From Candidatus Omnitrophota bacterium (GTDB lineage Bacteria; Omnitrophota; Gorgyraeia; Zapsychrales; JANLHA01): a DNA stretch of 60,672 bases. Both the position numbers and the translations under genes were made by a program. The stretch lies in NCBI GenBank assembly GCA_029560465.1, contig JAKQKX010000097.1, positions 1-60,672 of the forward strand. Reading direction: 5' to 3'. Each line of letters starts with the position of its first letter. Within the stretch, counting starts at the first letter, position 1. Below the pieces are notes generated by a model. The model saw nothing but the letters and a program-made list of their open reading frames with translations. It searched no databases and had not been told where the DNA came from. Below, piece after piece: positions 45,244-57,787 of the stretch.

Positions 45244-45273
45244 TTGCACATATCCGGGGTCTTCCCGTATAAT
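45244..45273 (+). promoter_or_regulatory. Sigma-70-like promoter candidate (TTGCAC-18-TATAAT), 10 nt before the start codon
   Basis: -35 at 45244-45249 and -10 at 45268-45273. The ATG is at 45283 with no SD in between. Confidence 0.4.
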
Positions 45274-45282
45274 ACAAACGCC

Positions 45283-46143
45283 ATGTTTACAATTATTAAT
45301 CGACAGCTTTTATCCAAGGATATCAAACGGTTGGATATCGTGGCAGAAACCGTTGCCGCCAAGGCGTTGCCCGGGCAGTTCGTGATCGTGATGCCGGAAA
45401 AGAATGCCGGTTGGCTGCCGTTGACGATTGTCGAGAACGATCCTCTCCGGGGCACGATTTCCCTGGTGTTCCAGGAGCGGGGGCCGGTGACTCGCCGGTT
45501 GGGAGGGTTATCGATCCAGGAATCGGTCTACGCGGTCATGGGGCCCCTCGGGAAGCCGGCCACCATTAAGACGGCGGGGACGGTTGTGTGTGCGGCGTCG
45601 GGTGTGAGCATTGCTTCCCTCTTGCCGGTTTGCCGGGCGCTGAAACGTTGTGAAAACAAGGTGATCGGCCTGATCGGGGCGGACAATAAGAATTCCGTGC
45701 TCCTTGAGACCCAAATGCGGCTGGCCTGCCATAAGCTTATGATCACGACGGAAGATGGAACGTATGAACGCAAAGGGACCGTCGTTGAGTTGTTGAAAGA
45801 AATTCTTGACCAGGAGCGGGTCAAGCTGGTGTATGTGATCGGCCCGGCGGCCATGATGGAAGAGTCCTGCCGCATGACCAGAGCGAAGAAGATAGAAACT
45901 TTTATCCAGGCGAACACGATCATGCATTGCGGGTCAGGGATCTGTGGCTCGTGCCGCCTTGATGCCGGGGCGAAACCGGTGTTGTCCTGCGTGGACGGCC
46001 CGGAATTTAATGGCCATGAGGTTGATTTCGAGAAGCTGAAGGTCCGGTTGCACGCGCATGATCATGCGGCCGGCGGGCTTCAGGATGAGAGCCATCCGGC
46101 CGGAGTCATGAAAAAATTTTTATCGGGTCTGTGGGGGGAGTAA
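45283..46143 (+). CDS. Sulfide/dihydroorotate dehydrogenase-like FAD/NAD-binding protein (NfnA-like)
   Basis: MFTIINRQLLS... ferredoxin-reductase-type fold, with the C-terminal cluster CGSGICGSCRL. Confidence 0.8.
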   Translation: MFTIINRQLLSKDIKRLDIVAETVAAKALPGQFVIVMPEKNAGWLPLTIVENDPLRGTISLVFQERGPVTRRLGGLSIQESVYAVMGPLGKPATIKTAGTVVCAASGVSIASLLPVCRALKRCENKVIGLIGADNKNSVLLETQMRLACHKLMITTEDGTYERKGTVVELLKEILDQERVKLVYVIGPAAMMEESCRMTRAKKIETFIQANTIMHCGSGICGSCRLDAGAKPVLSCVDGPEFNGHEVDFEKLKVRLHAHDHAAGGLQDESHPAGVMKKFLSGLWGE

Positions 46144-46158
46144 TCCCTGCCCCGTTTT

Positions 46159-47541
46159 ATGGCGAGGATTCTTTGTATGCTGCAGCCGCCTCAAAAAATT
46201 CAGTCAAAAGAAAAGCGCGTTAAGAATTTTCAAGAAGTGTGCCAGGGGTTTTCCCGGGCGAACGCTTTGGGGGAGGCCCGGCGCTGCCCGCAGTGCAGCG
46301 ACCCGGTGTGCGTGCGCGCTTGTCCGCTGAATATTGATATCCCGGGATTCATCCGCCTTTTGAGGGAATCAGATTTCCCGGCGGCCTTGCAGAAAATCAA
46401 AGAAGGCAATGCCCTGCCGGATATTTGCGGCCGGGTTTGCGGGGCCCCGTGTGAACGGGCCTGTATCCTCAAGAAAGAAGGCGATCCGATCGCCATCAGG
46501 GCCCTCGAGCGCTACGTGTCCGACCATGGTCAGGCGTTATCGATATTAAAAAAGAAGCGCGTATCTTCCGGCCCTCCTGTCGCGGTCATCGGATCCGGGG
46601 CGGCCGGGTTAGCCGCGGCTTATTATTTGGCCCGGCGTGATTTCCAGGTCACGGTATTTGAGTCGTTCCCGTTTCTCGGGGGAGTCCTGCGTTACGGCAT
46701 CCCGGAGATCCGGCTGCCGGATAAAACGATTGATATGGCGGTCGCTGATATTGAGGAAGAAGGGGTGCGGTTTGAGACCTTAAGCCGTGTTGGCCAGTCT
46801 TTGACGATTGATGACCTGTGGGCCAGGGGGTTCCGCGCCGTTATCCTGGCGGTGGGGACCGGGGGCGCGGATTTGAAACAGATTCCCGGGCATTTTTTGG
46901 GCGGTGTTTTTTTCTCCGAAGAGTTTCTTATGAAGGTCAACGTCTCGGAACCGGACCCCGCGTTGATCAACGACGCGTTGTTCCGGCGATGCAAGAGGGT
47001 GGCGATTTTGGGGGCGGGGAACAAGGCGTTGGATTGCGCGCGGCTCTGCCTCAGGCTGGGGAAGGCCGCGTCCCTGATTTTTCCCCAGGCGGAGGACGAG
47101 ATCGCCGTCCATCCCTCGGACTTTAAAAACGCACAGGAGGAAGGGGTGACGATCGTCCCTCTGACCCGGCCGCTCAAGCTGCAAGGGACGGCGGACCAGG
47201 ATGTCTGCGGGGTTCTCTGTGACCGGATGGATTACGCTGACCCGAAAGGCGACGGCCAGTGGCAGCTTATGGCCGTGCCGGATTCGGCGTTCGTGTTTGA
47301 GGCGGATGCTGTCATCCTTGCCATGGGGCATAAACCGAACATGGCGGTCTTTGATCTGGTGCCGGGATTGACCTCTACGAAGAAAGGGTACCTTTGGGTG
47401 GAAGAATTAACGATGAAAACGCCTCTCGCCCATGTGTACGCCGCCGGGGACGCACTCTCCGGGCAGCTTGATGTGGTCGGGGCCATCGCCTCGGCACGGG
47501 AAGCCGCGGCGGCTGTTGAGAAAGAATTCTTAGAACCATGA
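46159..47541 (+). CDS. GltD-like NADPH-dependent oxidoreductase (NfnB-like / glutamate synthase small-subunit family)
   Basis: CPQCSDPVCVRACPLNIDIP, VAVIGSGAAGLAAAYYLARRDFQVTVFE and a second dinucleotide site, VAILGAGN. Confidence 0.85.
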   Translation: MARILCMLQPPQKIQSKEKRVKNFQEVCQGFSRANALGEARRCPQCSDPVCVRACPLNIDIPGFIRLLRESDFPAALQKIKEGNALPDICGRVCGAPCERACILKKEGDPIAIRALERYVSDHGQALSILKKKRVSSGPPVAVIGSGAAGLAAAYYLARRDFQVTVFESFPFLGGVLRYGIPEIRLPDKTIDMAVADIEEEGVRFETLSRVGQSLTIDDLWARGFRAVILAVGTGGADLKQIPGHFLGGVFFSEEFLMKVNVSEPDPALINDALFRRCKRVAILGAGNKALDCARLCLRLGKAASLIFPQAEDEIAVHPSDFKNAQEEGVTIVPLTRPLKLQGTADQDVCGVLCDRMDYADPKGDGQWQLMAVPDSAFVFEADAVILAMGHKPNMAVFDLVPGLTSTKKGYLWVEELTMKTPLAHVYAAGDALSGQLDVVGAIASAREAAAAVEKEFLEP

Positions 47542-48392
47542 GTACCATAACGCCACGCCATGTCGTTGAAAAGAAGCAGCAAGGGAGTAAGATCTCCATG
47601 CTCACCGCTTACGATACCCCGTTCGCCCGGCTTATAGACGGGTGCGGGATGGATATTATTCTCGTGGGAGATTCGGTCGCCAATGTGGTCCTGGGGATGG
47701 AATCGACGCGTCAGGTGGACATTGAGGTGATGCTGCACCACGCCCGGGCTGTCTGCCGTGGCGTGTCCCGGGCGCTGGTCGTCGGGGACCTGCCTTACGC
47801 GACCTGTCAAAAATCGGCGGAGGGGGTGCTGGCGGATGCCCGTCGTTTTTTAGAAGACGCCGGATGCGGGGCCGTCAAAATCGAATGGTTTAAAGATTGT
47901 TTGCCTGTTGTGCAGGCTTTGATCCGTGCCGGTGTTCCGGTGATGGGGCATGTGGGGCTGACGCCCCAGACAGCGGAAGAACTGGGTGGATATAAAGTGC
48001 AGGGCAAGGGGGCGGAGAGCGCCAGGGCGATTTTAGAACAGGCCGCGCTGTTTGAGGACGCCGGGTGTTTCGCTGTTGTCTTGGAATGTATCCCGGACCG
48101 GCTGGCCGGGCTTATCACACGGCGCTTGACCATTCCAACAATCGGTATAGGCGCTGGCGTTCAGTGCGACGGCCAGGTCCTCGTGCTGCACGATGTCTTG
48201 GGGCTCTTTGACCGGTTTCGCCCCAAGTTTGTCAAAACCTATGTTCAGCTGGATACGATTGTCCAGCAGGCGGTGAGGGCTTTTCAGGAGGACGTTCAAA
48301 GCGGAGCGTTCCCGGGTGACCAGCACCGTTTTATTATAACGGATGAAGAGTACCGCAAACTTGAATCCTGGCTGGATTCTAAGCAGGCGTGA
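47538..48392 (+). CDS. panB: 3-methyl-2-oxobutanoate hydroxymethyltransferase
   Basis: [29 protein letters not shown] and GAVKIE. Confidence 0.9.
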   Translation: MSTITPRHVVEKKQQGSKISMLTAYDTPFARLIDGCGMDIILVGDSVANVVLGMESTRQVDIEVMLHHARAVCRGVSRALVVGDLPYATCQKSAEGVLADARRFLEDAGCGAVKIEWFKDCLPVVQALIRAGVPVMGHVGLTPQTAEELGGYKVQGKGAESARAILEQAALFEDAGCFAVVLECIPDRLAGLITRRLTIPTIGIGAGVQCDGQVLVLHDVLGLFDRFRPKFVKTYVQLDTIVQQAVRAFQEDVQSGAFPGDQHRFIITDEEYRKLESWLDSKQA

Positions 48393-48406
48393 GGGGGAAA
48401 GGCGAC

Positions 48407-48724
48407 ATGAAAAAATGCCCGTTTTGCGCGGAAGAAATCCAGGATGAGGCCATCAAATGCCGGTATTGTAATGAGTTCCTGCAGGGATCGGCCAGCAAGC
48501 AAAAGGCCGCGTGGTTTTTCAGTAAGACTTTTTTGGTGCTTGGGTTTTGTTGTGTCGGCCCGCTCATCCTTCCGCTCGTCTGGATCCATCCGCAATACAG
48601 CCGGAACATCAAGATCGCGGTTTCCCTGGTGATCATTGCCATAAGCTGGATTCTGGGGAAAGTGGTTATGCATTATATGGAATATATTTCTTCCTATTAT
48701 AATACTATTTTTCAATCCATTTAA
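48407..48724 (+). CDS. Zinc-ribbon domain membrane protein
   Basis: [25 protein letters not shown], followed by two helices. Confidence 0.65.
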   Translation: MKKCPFCAEEIQDEAIKCRYCNEFLQGSASKQKAAWFFSKTFLVLGFCCVGPLILPLVWIHPQYSRNIKIAVSLVIIAISWILGKVVMHYMEYISSYYNTIFQSI

Positions 48725-48751
48725 GATTCTGCCCCGTAAGCCATGCGTTCA

Positions 48752-49128
48752 TTAATTCGCACGGAAGACTTATGTTCGCTGCTTGCTCCGTAAGTCTTGT
48801 GCTCTCTTGAATATCGTTGGCGTTTCACGCAAACTCAACCCCGGTAAAAAGCTCCGGGGTTAATTCGCGCGGAAGACTTACGTTCGTCGCTTGCTCCGTA
48901 AGTCTTGTGCTCTCTTGAATATCGTTTGCGTTTCACGCAAACTCAACCCCGGTAAAAAGCTCCGGGGTTAATTCGCACGGAAGACTTATGTTCGCTGCTT
49001 GCTCCGTAAGTCTTGTGCTCTCTTGAATATCGTTGGCGTTTCACGCAAACTCAACCCCGGTAAAAAGCTCCGGGGTTAATTCGCACGGAAGACTTATGTT
49101 CGCTGCTTGCTCCGTAAGTCTTGTGCTC
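48752..49128 (+). repeat. Tandem repeat, 108-bp unit x 3.5, each unit with three hairpins
   Basis: Unit starts at 48752, 48860, 48968 and 49076. Copies 1, 3 and 4 are identical; copy 2 differs at 5 positions. Hairpins: GCAC-gg-AAGACTTATG / CGTAAGTCTT-GTGC; TTKGCGT-ttc-ACGCAAA; AACCCCGG-taaaaagct-CCGGGGTT. No ORF spans the repeat. Confidence 0.9.
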
Positions 49129-49139
49129 ATTAAAACCCC

Positions 49140-49168
49140 TTGCATTTTATGGAATTTTTAGCTAGAAT
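49140..49168 (+). promoter_or_regulatory. Sigma-70-like promoter candidate (TTGCAT-17-TAGAAT) for glyQS
   Basis: -35 at 49140-49145 and -10 at 49163-49168, immediately after the last repeat copy. Confidence 0.45.
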
Positions 49169-49216
49169 ATGGCCTCAATTAAACCTTCTGTTGTCTTTTA
49201 GATAAGAATCATTCCT

Positions 49217-50527
49217 ATGCCAGCATCCGTTGATATGGATAAAATTGTTTCCCTGTGTAAACGCCGGGGTTTTATTTTTCAATCTTCAGAAATCTATGGC
49301 GGCTTAGGGAGCGCTTGGGATTACGGCCCTCTGGGCGTTGAGCTGAAACGTAATGTGAAAGCCGCCTGGTGGAAAGCCGTGGTGCACGACCGTGACGATG
49401 TCGTCGGGTTGGATGCCAGCATCCTTATGCACCCCATGACATGGAACGCGTCCGGGCACACGGAGAATTTTACCGACATCTTGGTGGATTGCAAACAGTG
49501 TAAAAAACGTTTCCGGCAGGACCATGTCGGGGAAGAATGCCCGAATTGCGGCGCCCGGGATTTCACGGACGGCCGGGCTTTTAACCTGATGCTGAAAACG
49601 CACTTGGGGGCGGTTGAAGATGAGGGGAGCGTCGTGTATCTCCGCCCGGAAACGGCCCAGGGTATTTTTGTGAATTTCCCGAATGTTGTTGATGTGACCC
49701 GGCGGAAGCTTCCGTTCGGGATCGCGCAAATCGGGAAATCGTTCCGTAATGAAATCACGCCGGGGAACTTTACCTTCCGGACCCGCGAATTTGAGCAGAT
49801 GGAGATCGAATACTTCACCCGGCCTGATGACGCCCAGGCCTGCCACGAACAGTGGATTGAGGCGCGTCACCGGTGGTACCTCGACCTGGGGATCCGGGAA
49901 GAGAATCTCCGGTTGCGGCCGCACGGCACAGACGAGTTGGCCCATTACGCCGCCGGGTGCACGGACGTGGAATATCTTTTTCCGTTCGGGTGGTCTGAGC
50001 TGGAAGGCATTGCCAACCGGACCGATTATGATCTCCGCCAGCACGCCCAGTTTTCCGGGAAAGACCTCTCTTACCAGGACCTGGCCACAAACGAGAAATT
50101 CTACCCGCATATTATTGAGCCGTCGGGCGGGGTTGACCGGGCCACGTTGGCTTTTATCGTTGACGCGTATCATGAAGAAGAGGTGAACGGCAATCTCCGC
50201 GTGGTTTTAAAGCTTCACAAATCTCTTGTCCCGATCCAGGTCGCGTTTTTGCCTTTGTTGAAGAAAAACGCCGATATCGTGACGCTGGCCAAGGCCCTCA
50301 AGAAGGATCTGCAGAAGGATTTTACCTGCGCTTATGATGACACGGCTTCCATAGGAAAACTTTACCGTCGGCAGGATGAGATCGGGACGTTTTATTGCGT
50401 CACTGTGGATGTCCAGTCTCTGGAAGACAAACAGGTGACAGTCCGGTCCCGTGACACGATGACCCAGGAGCGGGTGCCGGCCGACCGGTTGCGGGAGTAT
50501 TTGTTGAAACACCTCAAAGAGTCATAA
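49217..50527 (+). CDS. glyQS: Glycine--tRNA ligase (homodimeric class II type)
   Basis: RRGFIFQSSEIYGGLGSAWDYGPLG, YLRPETAQGIF and FRNEITPGNFTFRTREFEQMEIEYF. Confidence 0.9.
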   Translation: MPASVDMDKIVSLCKRRGFIFQSSEIYGGLGSAWDYGPLGVELKRNVKAAWWKAVVHDRDDVVGLDASILMHPMTWNASGHTENFTDILVDCKQCKKRFRQDHVGEECPNCGARDFTDGRAFNLMLKTHLGAVEDEGSVVYLRPETAQGIFVNFPNVVDVTRRKLPFGIAQIGKSFRNEITPGNFTFRTREFEQMEIEYFTRPDDAQACHEQWIEARHRWYLDLGIREENLRLRPHGTDELAHYAAGCTDVEYLFPFGWSELEGIANRTDYDLRQHAQFSGKDLSYQDLATNEKFYPHIIEPSGGVDRATLAFIVDAYHEEEVNGNLRVVLKLHKSLVPIQVAFLPLLKKNADIVTLAKALKKDLQKDFTCAYDDTASIGKLYRRQDEIGTFYCVTVDVQSLEDKQVTVRSRDTMTQERVPADRLREYLLKHLKES

Positions 50528-50576
50528 CCCTTTTGGGAAATTGTATAACCCTTATTTAAAGAAAGGTTGAAGAACA

Positions 50577-53366
<2,790 letters not shown>

Positions 53367-53388
53367 TATCATAAGGTAGTCTATAAGA

Positions 53389-53442
53389 ACGGATAGGGGG
53401 TGGGCGGAGAGTGGTTTTCCCGCGCCCTATCCGTCCTTTCTT
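53389..53442 (+). terminator. Possible intrinsic terminator after ppdK
   Basis: ACGGATAGGG (53389-53398) pairs with CCCTATCCGT (53425-53434), followed by CCTTTCTT. The loop is long, so the call is moderate. Confidence 0.4.
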
Positions 53443-53495
53443 AAAAATTAACGTGTTTTTTTTCGACAAATCAGTATTGTCATTAAAGGAGCCGC

Positions 53496-54317
53496 ATGGA
53501 TCCCATTAAGGCCTACCTCAAAGATGTCCGTAAAATTCCTTTGTTGACTCCCCAAGAAGAAGTTGATTTAGCCCGGAAAGCCAAAGACGGCGACCAGGAT
53601 GCCCGCAACAAAATGATCCGGTCGAACCTCCGGCTCGTTATCAGTATTGCCAAGCGTTATATGAATTTGGGCGTTCCTTTAAGCGACTTAATAGAGGAAG
53701 GCAATATCGGATTGATGAAGAGTATCGAGAAGTTCGACCCGGAAAAAGGATTCCGTTTTTCCACGTATTCCGCCTGGTGGATCAAACAGGGGATTTCCCG
53801 TGCGATTATTGACCAGGGCAAAATGATCCGTGTCCCGGTTTACATGAATGAAGAGATTTTGAAATATAAAAAGGCGATGGAGGCCTTGACGCATAAATTG
53901 AGGAGGAAACCCCGCATCAGCGAGCTCGCCCGGAAGCTTCAAACCACGGTCGATAAAATCCGGGACTTGGAACGGTCTATCGCGAAAATGTCCAGCCTCG
54001 ACGCCCCAATCGGCAGCGACGGAGACAGCCAGGTGAAAGACCTTATCGAAGACCAGAGCTCGGTCAGCCCGGATGAGCAACTGGAGGTTTTCTTTAATCG
54101 GGAACGGGCGCAGAGTTATTTGAGCATGTTGAGTGACCGGGAAAAGAGGATCCTTATGATGCGCTACGGCCTGGAAGACGGCAAGACGTTTACCTTGGCC
54201 GAGATCGCCAAGAAATTGGGGGTTTCCAGGGAACGCGTCCGGCAAATTGAAGCGGCGACCATTAAAAAGATTCAATTGCTTATTAAACAGCAGGAAGTGG
54301 AACGGGATGAAAACTAA
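53496..54317 (+). CDS. Sigma-70 family RNA polymerase sigma factor (compact group 1/2-like)
   Basis: LVISIAKRY, EEGNIGLMKSIEKFDPEKGFRFSTYSAWWIKQ, IRVPVYM and the region 4 HTH LAEIAKKLGVSRERVRQIE. Confidence 0.85.
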   Translation: MDPIKAYLKDVRKIPLLTPQEEVDLARKAKDGDQDARNKMIRSNLRLVISIAKRYMNLGVPLSDLIEEGNIGLMKSIEKFDPEKGFRFSTYSAWWIKQGISRAIIDQGKMIRVPVYMNEEILKYKKAMEALTHKLRRKPRISELARKLQTTVDKIRDLERSIAKMSSLDAPIGSDGDSQVKDLIEDQSSVSPDEQLEVFFNRERAQSYLSMLSDREKRILMMRYGLEDGKTFTLAEIAKKLGVSRERVRQIEAATIKKIQLLIKQQEVERDEN

Positions 54318-55185
54318 AAAGGTCAAAAACACGTTTGTGCTGACGATCCCGAGTTTTGAGGATTTTTTTCATTCGTTTTATGCCGGGGAGATTATTAAAG
54401 GCGTCAGCCTTGCGGCCAGCCGGCTGAAAATCGACGTCTTGATTCATATCACTGACCGTTACGACCACCGCGGCTGGTTGGATTCGATCTTACTGGACCG
54501 TCATTATATTAACGGCGTTATTTTTGCGGATATTGACAATGATGTTCATGTCGTGAAGAAAGTGATTTGCCGGGGGATTCCGACCTTTGTGCTGAATAAT
54601 GCCCTGGAGGAGCCCATCAACTGTATCGCGGTTGATAATTACAAGGCCTCGTTTGAAATTGTGAAGCATCTGCGGGCCTTGGGGCATACCCGTATCGCGA
54701 CCATCGCCGGCGATCAGACAACCCAGGCTGGGGCGAGGCGGCTTAAAGGGTTTGAAGACGCCCTCGCCGCTGAGAATGTCGCCGTTCCGAAAAATTTTAT
54801 CACGCACGGGGATTTCCTGCGCACGCCGGCGCGGGAAGCCGCCAGAAAATTGCTTAAACTGAAAGAACGGCCAACCGCTATTTTTGCGGCGTCTGATGTC
54901 ATGGCGCTGGAGGCGATCCATGTCGCCCGGCAGTTGAGCCTGCGCGTGCCGGAAGACCTTTCCATTGTCGGCTTTGACGATAGCCCTTTGGCGTCGATGA
55001 GTTCAGTCCCGCTCACCACGGTTTTTCAGCCCCTGGTGGAAATGGGGCGCCTCGGTGTTGAACAATTATTCCTGGTGAGCTGCGGAAAAGCGCAATTGCC
55101 GGTCAAAATGACCCTTTCGACCCGGCTTATAAAAAGGAAATCAACCGCGAAAGCCTGTCAGGAAGACGTCAGTCCGGCGGCCTGA
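54307..55185 (+). CDS. LacI/PurR-type ligand-binding (periplasmic-binding-fold) protein lacking the N-terminal HTH
   Basis: IAVDNYKASFEIVKHLRALGHTRIATIAG and AIFAASDVMALEAIHVARQLSLRVPEDLSIVGFDD. The protein begins directly with the first beta strand (FVLTIPS). The start overlaps the sigma gene by 11 nt. Confidence 0.75.
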   Translation: MKTKKVKNTFVLTIPSFEDFFHSFYAGEIIKGVSLAASRLKIDVLIHITDRYDHRGWLDSILLDRHYINGVIFADIDNDVHVVKKVICRGIPTFVLNNALEEPINCIAVDNYKASFEIVKHLRALGHTRIATIAGDQTTQAGARRLKGFEDALAAENVAVPKNFITHGDFLRTPAREAARKLLKLKERPTAIFAASDVMALEAIHVARQLSLRVPEDLSIVGFDDSPLASMSSVPLTTVFQPLVEMGRLGVEQLFLVSCGKAQLPVKMTLSTRLIKRKSTAKACQEDVSPAA

Positions 55186-55219
55186 AGCGCCATTTTTATC
55201 TACTTGAGGGGGAAAAGAT

Positions 55220-55753
55220 ATGAAGACACACTCTGCGTCCCAAAGCCTTGCCGCAACAATACGGGATGTCCCGGATTTCCCGAAACCCGGAATCCTTTTT
55301 AAAGATATAACGACTTTATTGCAGGACCCCCGCGCGTTTAAGAAAACGGTTGATATCCTCGTCAAGGAATACAAGGGCAAGGAAATTGACGCAGTGGTCG
55401 CTGTCGAGTCCCGGGGTTTTATTTTCGGGGCCGCGCTGGCTTATAAGCTGGGGGCGGCATTTATCCCGGTTCGCAAGAAAGGCAAATTGCCGTATAAGAC
55501 TCAAAGCGTGACTTACGCCCTGGAATACGGGACAGACACCCTTGAAATGCATGTGGACGGTCTGAAGAAAGACGCCCGTGTCCTGATTGTGGATGATCTC
55601 CTGGCGACAGGGGGAACGGTCCAGGCGGTCGCAAAATTAGTCAAAGGATTTAAAGCCAGGATCGTTGGGATGGCGTTTGTGGTTGAACTGGGATTCCTGA
55701 AAGGCCGTCGGAAGTTAAAAGGGGTTCCCGTTTACTCGGTCATCACATTTTAA
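55220..55753 (+). CDS. apt: Adenine phosphoribosyltransferase
   Basis: IRDVPDFPKPGILFKDIT and VLIVDDLLATGGT. Confidence 0.9.
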   Translation: MKTHSASQSLAATIRDVPDFPKPGILFKDITTLLQDPRAFKKTVDILVKEYKGKEIDAVVAVESRGFIFGAALAYKLGAAFIPVRKKGKLPYKTQSVTYALEYGTDTLEMHVDGLKKDARVLIVDDLLATGGTVQAVAKLVKGFKARIVGMAFVVELGFLKGRRKLKGVPVYSVITF

Positions 55754-55839
55754 TATCTTTCATGCCGGAGACGGTCCTCGGCATGTTCCTCTCAGGGCCT
55801 CAGGCCCGCTTTTTCGCTAACCTCACATTTTTTTCTGGT

Positions 55840-57636
55840 ATGATGCCGGCGTTAAACAAGAAACATTTTTTTTATTTTGTCGCTGTCCTCTGCTGGGTCT
55901 TCTGGGCGTTCGCGCCGACCCTGCAAAACGGGTTTGTTAATTATGATGATGACGCGCATCTTTTGCAAAATCCGTTTATCCGCCCTTTGGACCCCGATCA
56001 TGTGCGGTTGATGTTCTCGACGACGGTCAATAAAACTTATATCCCCTTATCGCTTCTTTCTTTCGCCTGGGAACACGCCTTGTGGGGGTTTCATCCTTTT
56101 GTGTACCATTCCCATAACCTCCTTTTGCACCTTTTGAACACGGCGCTGGTTATCTTGATCGCGCGGTCCTTGGGGTTGCCCCGGGCCGCGGGATTGCTAG
56201 CGGGATTGATTTTCGGCGTGCATCCGATGCATGTCGAATCGGTCGCCTGGGTGACGGAACGCAAAGACGTTTTATACGCGTTGTTTTATCTTCTGTCGGT
56301 TTTTTGTTACATAACGTATCTTTGCCTGGCGGGCTTTGCGCGGTGCGCCCGGGACGGTTTTCCCGGCGGGGAGGGCTGCCCCGAGCGCGCGGGCGCGCGT
56401 TGCCCCGCTTGGATCTGGTGGGGGATGGCGCTTGTCTGCGGCGTTTTAAGCGCGTTATCCAAGCCGATGGCTTTAAGCTTGCCGTTTATTTTATTGCTGC
56501 TCGATTGGTACTTTAAAAGAACATTCACGGCCTATGTCTGGATTGAAAAACTCGTCTGCGGAGTCTTGTTGTTCCCGATCGTGTGGATCACTTATTCTTT
56601 GCATATCCGGCATGCCCCCTTGCCGTTCCCGGAGTCCGCGCTCATATGGGTTTGGTGCCTGACATTCCACTTGAAAAAATTCTTTTATCCGGATTTTTTT
56701 GTGGTGTTTTACCCGCCCCCGTTTCCGGTGACGCTCCACAACGGGGCCTTGCTTGGGGGGGCGCTGTTTTTTGTTTTGACCATCGCCGCGCTGATTCGGT
56801 TCCGCCGGCACCGGCTGTTTTTGTTCGCTTTTTTATGGTATGTGTCGTCGGCTTTTTTCCTGTTCCGGTTTGATTACGGCGCCGACTCGCATGTTGTCGC
56901 GGACCGGTTTATGTATTTGCCCAGCCTGGGATTTTGCTGTTGGGCAGCCTGGATCATTTTCCGCGGGTACCAGGCGAGCCGTGGAAAAAGAATTCGGCGG
57001 GGCTTGGTCCTGGCCGGGGCCGTGGTTATGACGCTGTTTTTGTCGGCGCAAACCCGAAAACAGGCTGCTGTTTGGAAAGACGGGGTGACATTATGGGAAC
57101 ACCAGATTGAAACGCACTGGGATGGCCAGCCGGGATTAATTCAGGCCCTGGTGCTGACCAAGTATGCGGACGCCCTGGCGGCGCAGGATGATTTCTCATT
57201 GTTTTTAAAATCCGGGCCGGCTCCTGGTCAAGGTCCTTTAGAGCAGCCGGGGGGGCTGGGTGTTCCCGGGAAGATGGCCCGGGTTGTTGGTTATTATCAA
57301 AAGGCGTTAAAACTCCGCCCTCATCATGCCCCTGCGTTATTTGGTTTGGGGAGAATCTTTTATCAGTCGGGACAAATCTCTTTGGCTGAAGATTATTTAC
57401 AACAGACAATCCGGGCTGACCCCACCCACTTTAGCGCGTATTTTTATTTGGGGAAGGTGTATCTTGGGACCGGCCGGATTGAAAACGCCGTAGTGGCGTT
57501 TCGAAAGGCCGAGGACGTTCATCCCGGCAATCAGAAGGTTGTCAACGATATTATAAAGGAATACGCCCTGTTTCTCGCTTCTCACCCCAACGCGCAAACG
57601 GTCGCCCGGGAACTGAAACGTTTGCAGTCACGGTGA
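55840..57636 (+). CDS. Polytopic GT39/TMTC-like membrane protein with C-terminal TPR repeats
   Basis: MMPALNKKHFFYF... FVNYDDD in the first loop, about 10 helices, then TPR-like repeats (YYQKALKLRPHHAPALFGLG...). The ORF track extends to 55762. Confidence 0.65.
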   Translation: MMPALNKKHFFYFVAVLCWVFWAFAPTLQNGFVNYDDDAHLLQNPFIRPLDPDHVRLMFSTTVNKTYIPLSLLSFAWEHALWGFHPFVYHSHNLLLHLLNTALVILIARSLGLPRAAGLLAGLIFGVHPMHVESVAWVTERKDVLYALFYLLSVFCYITYLCLAGFARCARDGFPGGEGCPERAGARCPAWIWWGMALVCGVLSALSKPMALSLPFILLLLDWYFKRTFTAYVWIEKLVCGVLLFPIVWITYSLHIRHAPLPFPESALIWVWCLTFHLKKFFYPDFFVVFYPPPFPVTLHNGALLGGALFFVLTIAALIRFRRHRLFLFAFLWYVSSAFFLFRFDYGADSHVVADRFMYLPSLGFCCWAAWIIFRGYQASRGKRIRRGLVLAGAVVMTLFLSAQTRKQAAVWKDGVTLWEHQIETHWDGQPGLIQALVLTKYADALAAQDDFSLFLKSGPAPGQGPLEQPGGLGVPGKMARVVGYYQKALKLRPHHAPALFGLGRIFYQSGQISLAEDYLQQTIRADPTHFSAYFYLGKVYLGTGRIENAVVAFRKAEDVHPGNQKVVNDIIKEYALFLASHPNAQTVARELKRLQSR

Positions 57637-57787
57637 CTTTAAGTTGTCCGGCGGTTGTGGGGCAAGAGAGCCCTGACAGGTTAGAACGGCGTGGCCGTTA
57701 AAAAGTCGCGGTGTTTATTCAAGCATCTGATGGCGGGCCCTGAAGGCTCCGCGCGTCCAATGCGCTGAAGATGCGCATGGAATCTCA

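Noticed and set aside
48752-49128. Tandem repeat considered as a CRISPR array
   Set aside because: The units are contiguous with no unique spacers, the period (108 bp) is far longer than a repeat-plus-spacer unit with a conserved half, and no cas genes are nearby.
49129-49216. T-box leader upstream of glyQS
   Set aside because: The leader is only about 50 nt after the predicted promoter. I could not find a specifier-loop/T-box-like conserved sequence or a terminator/antiterminator pair.
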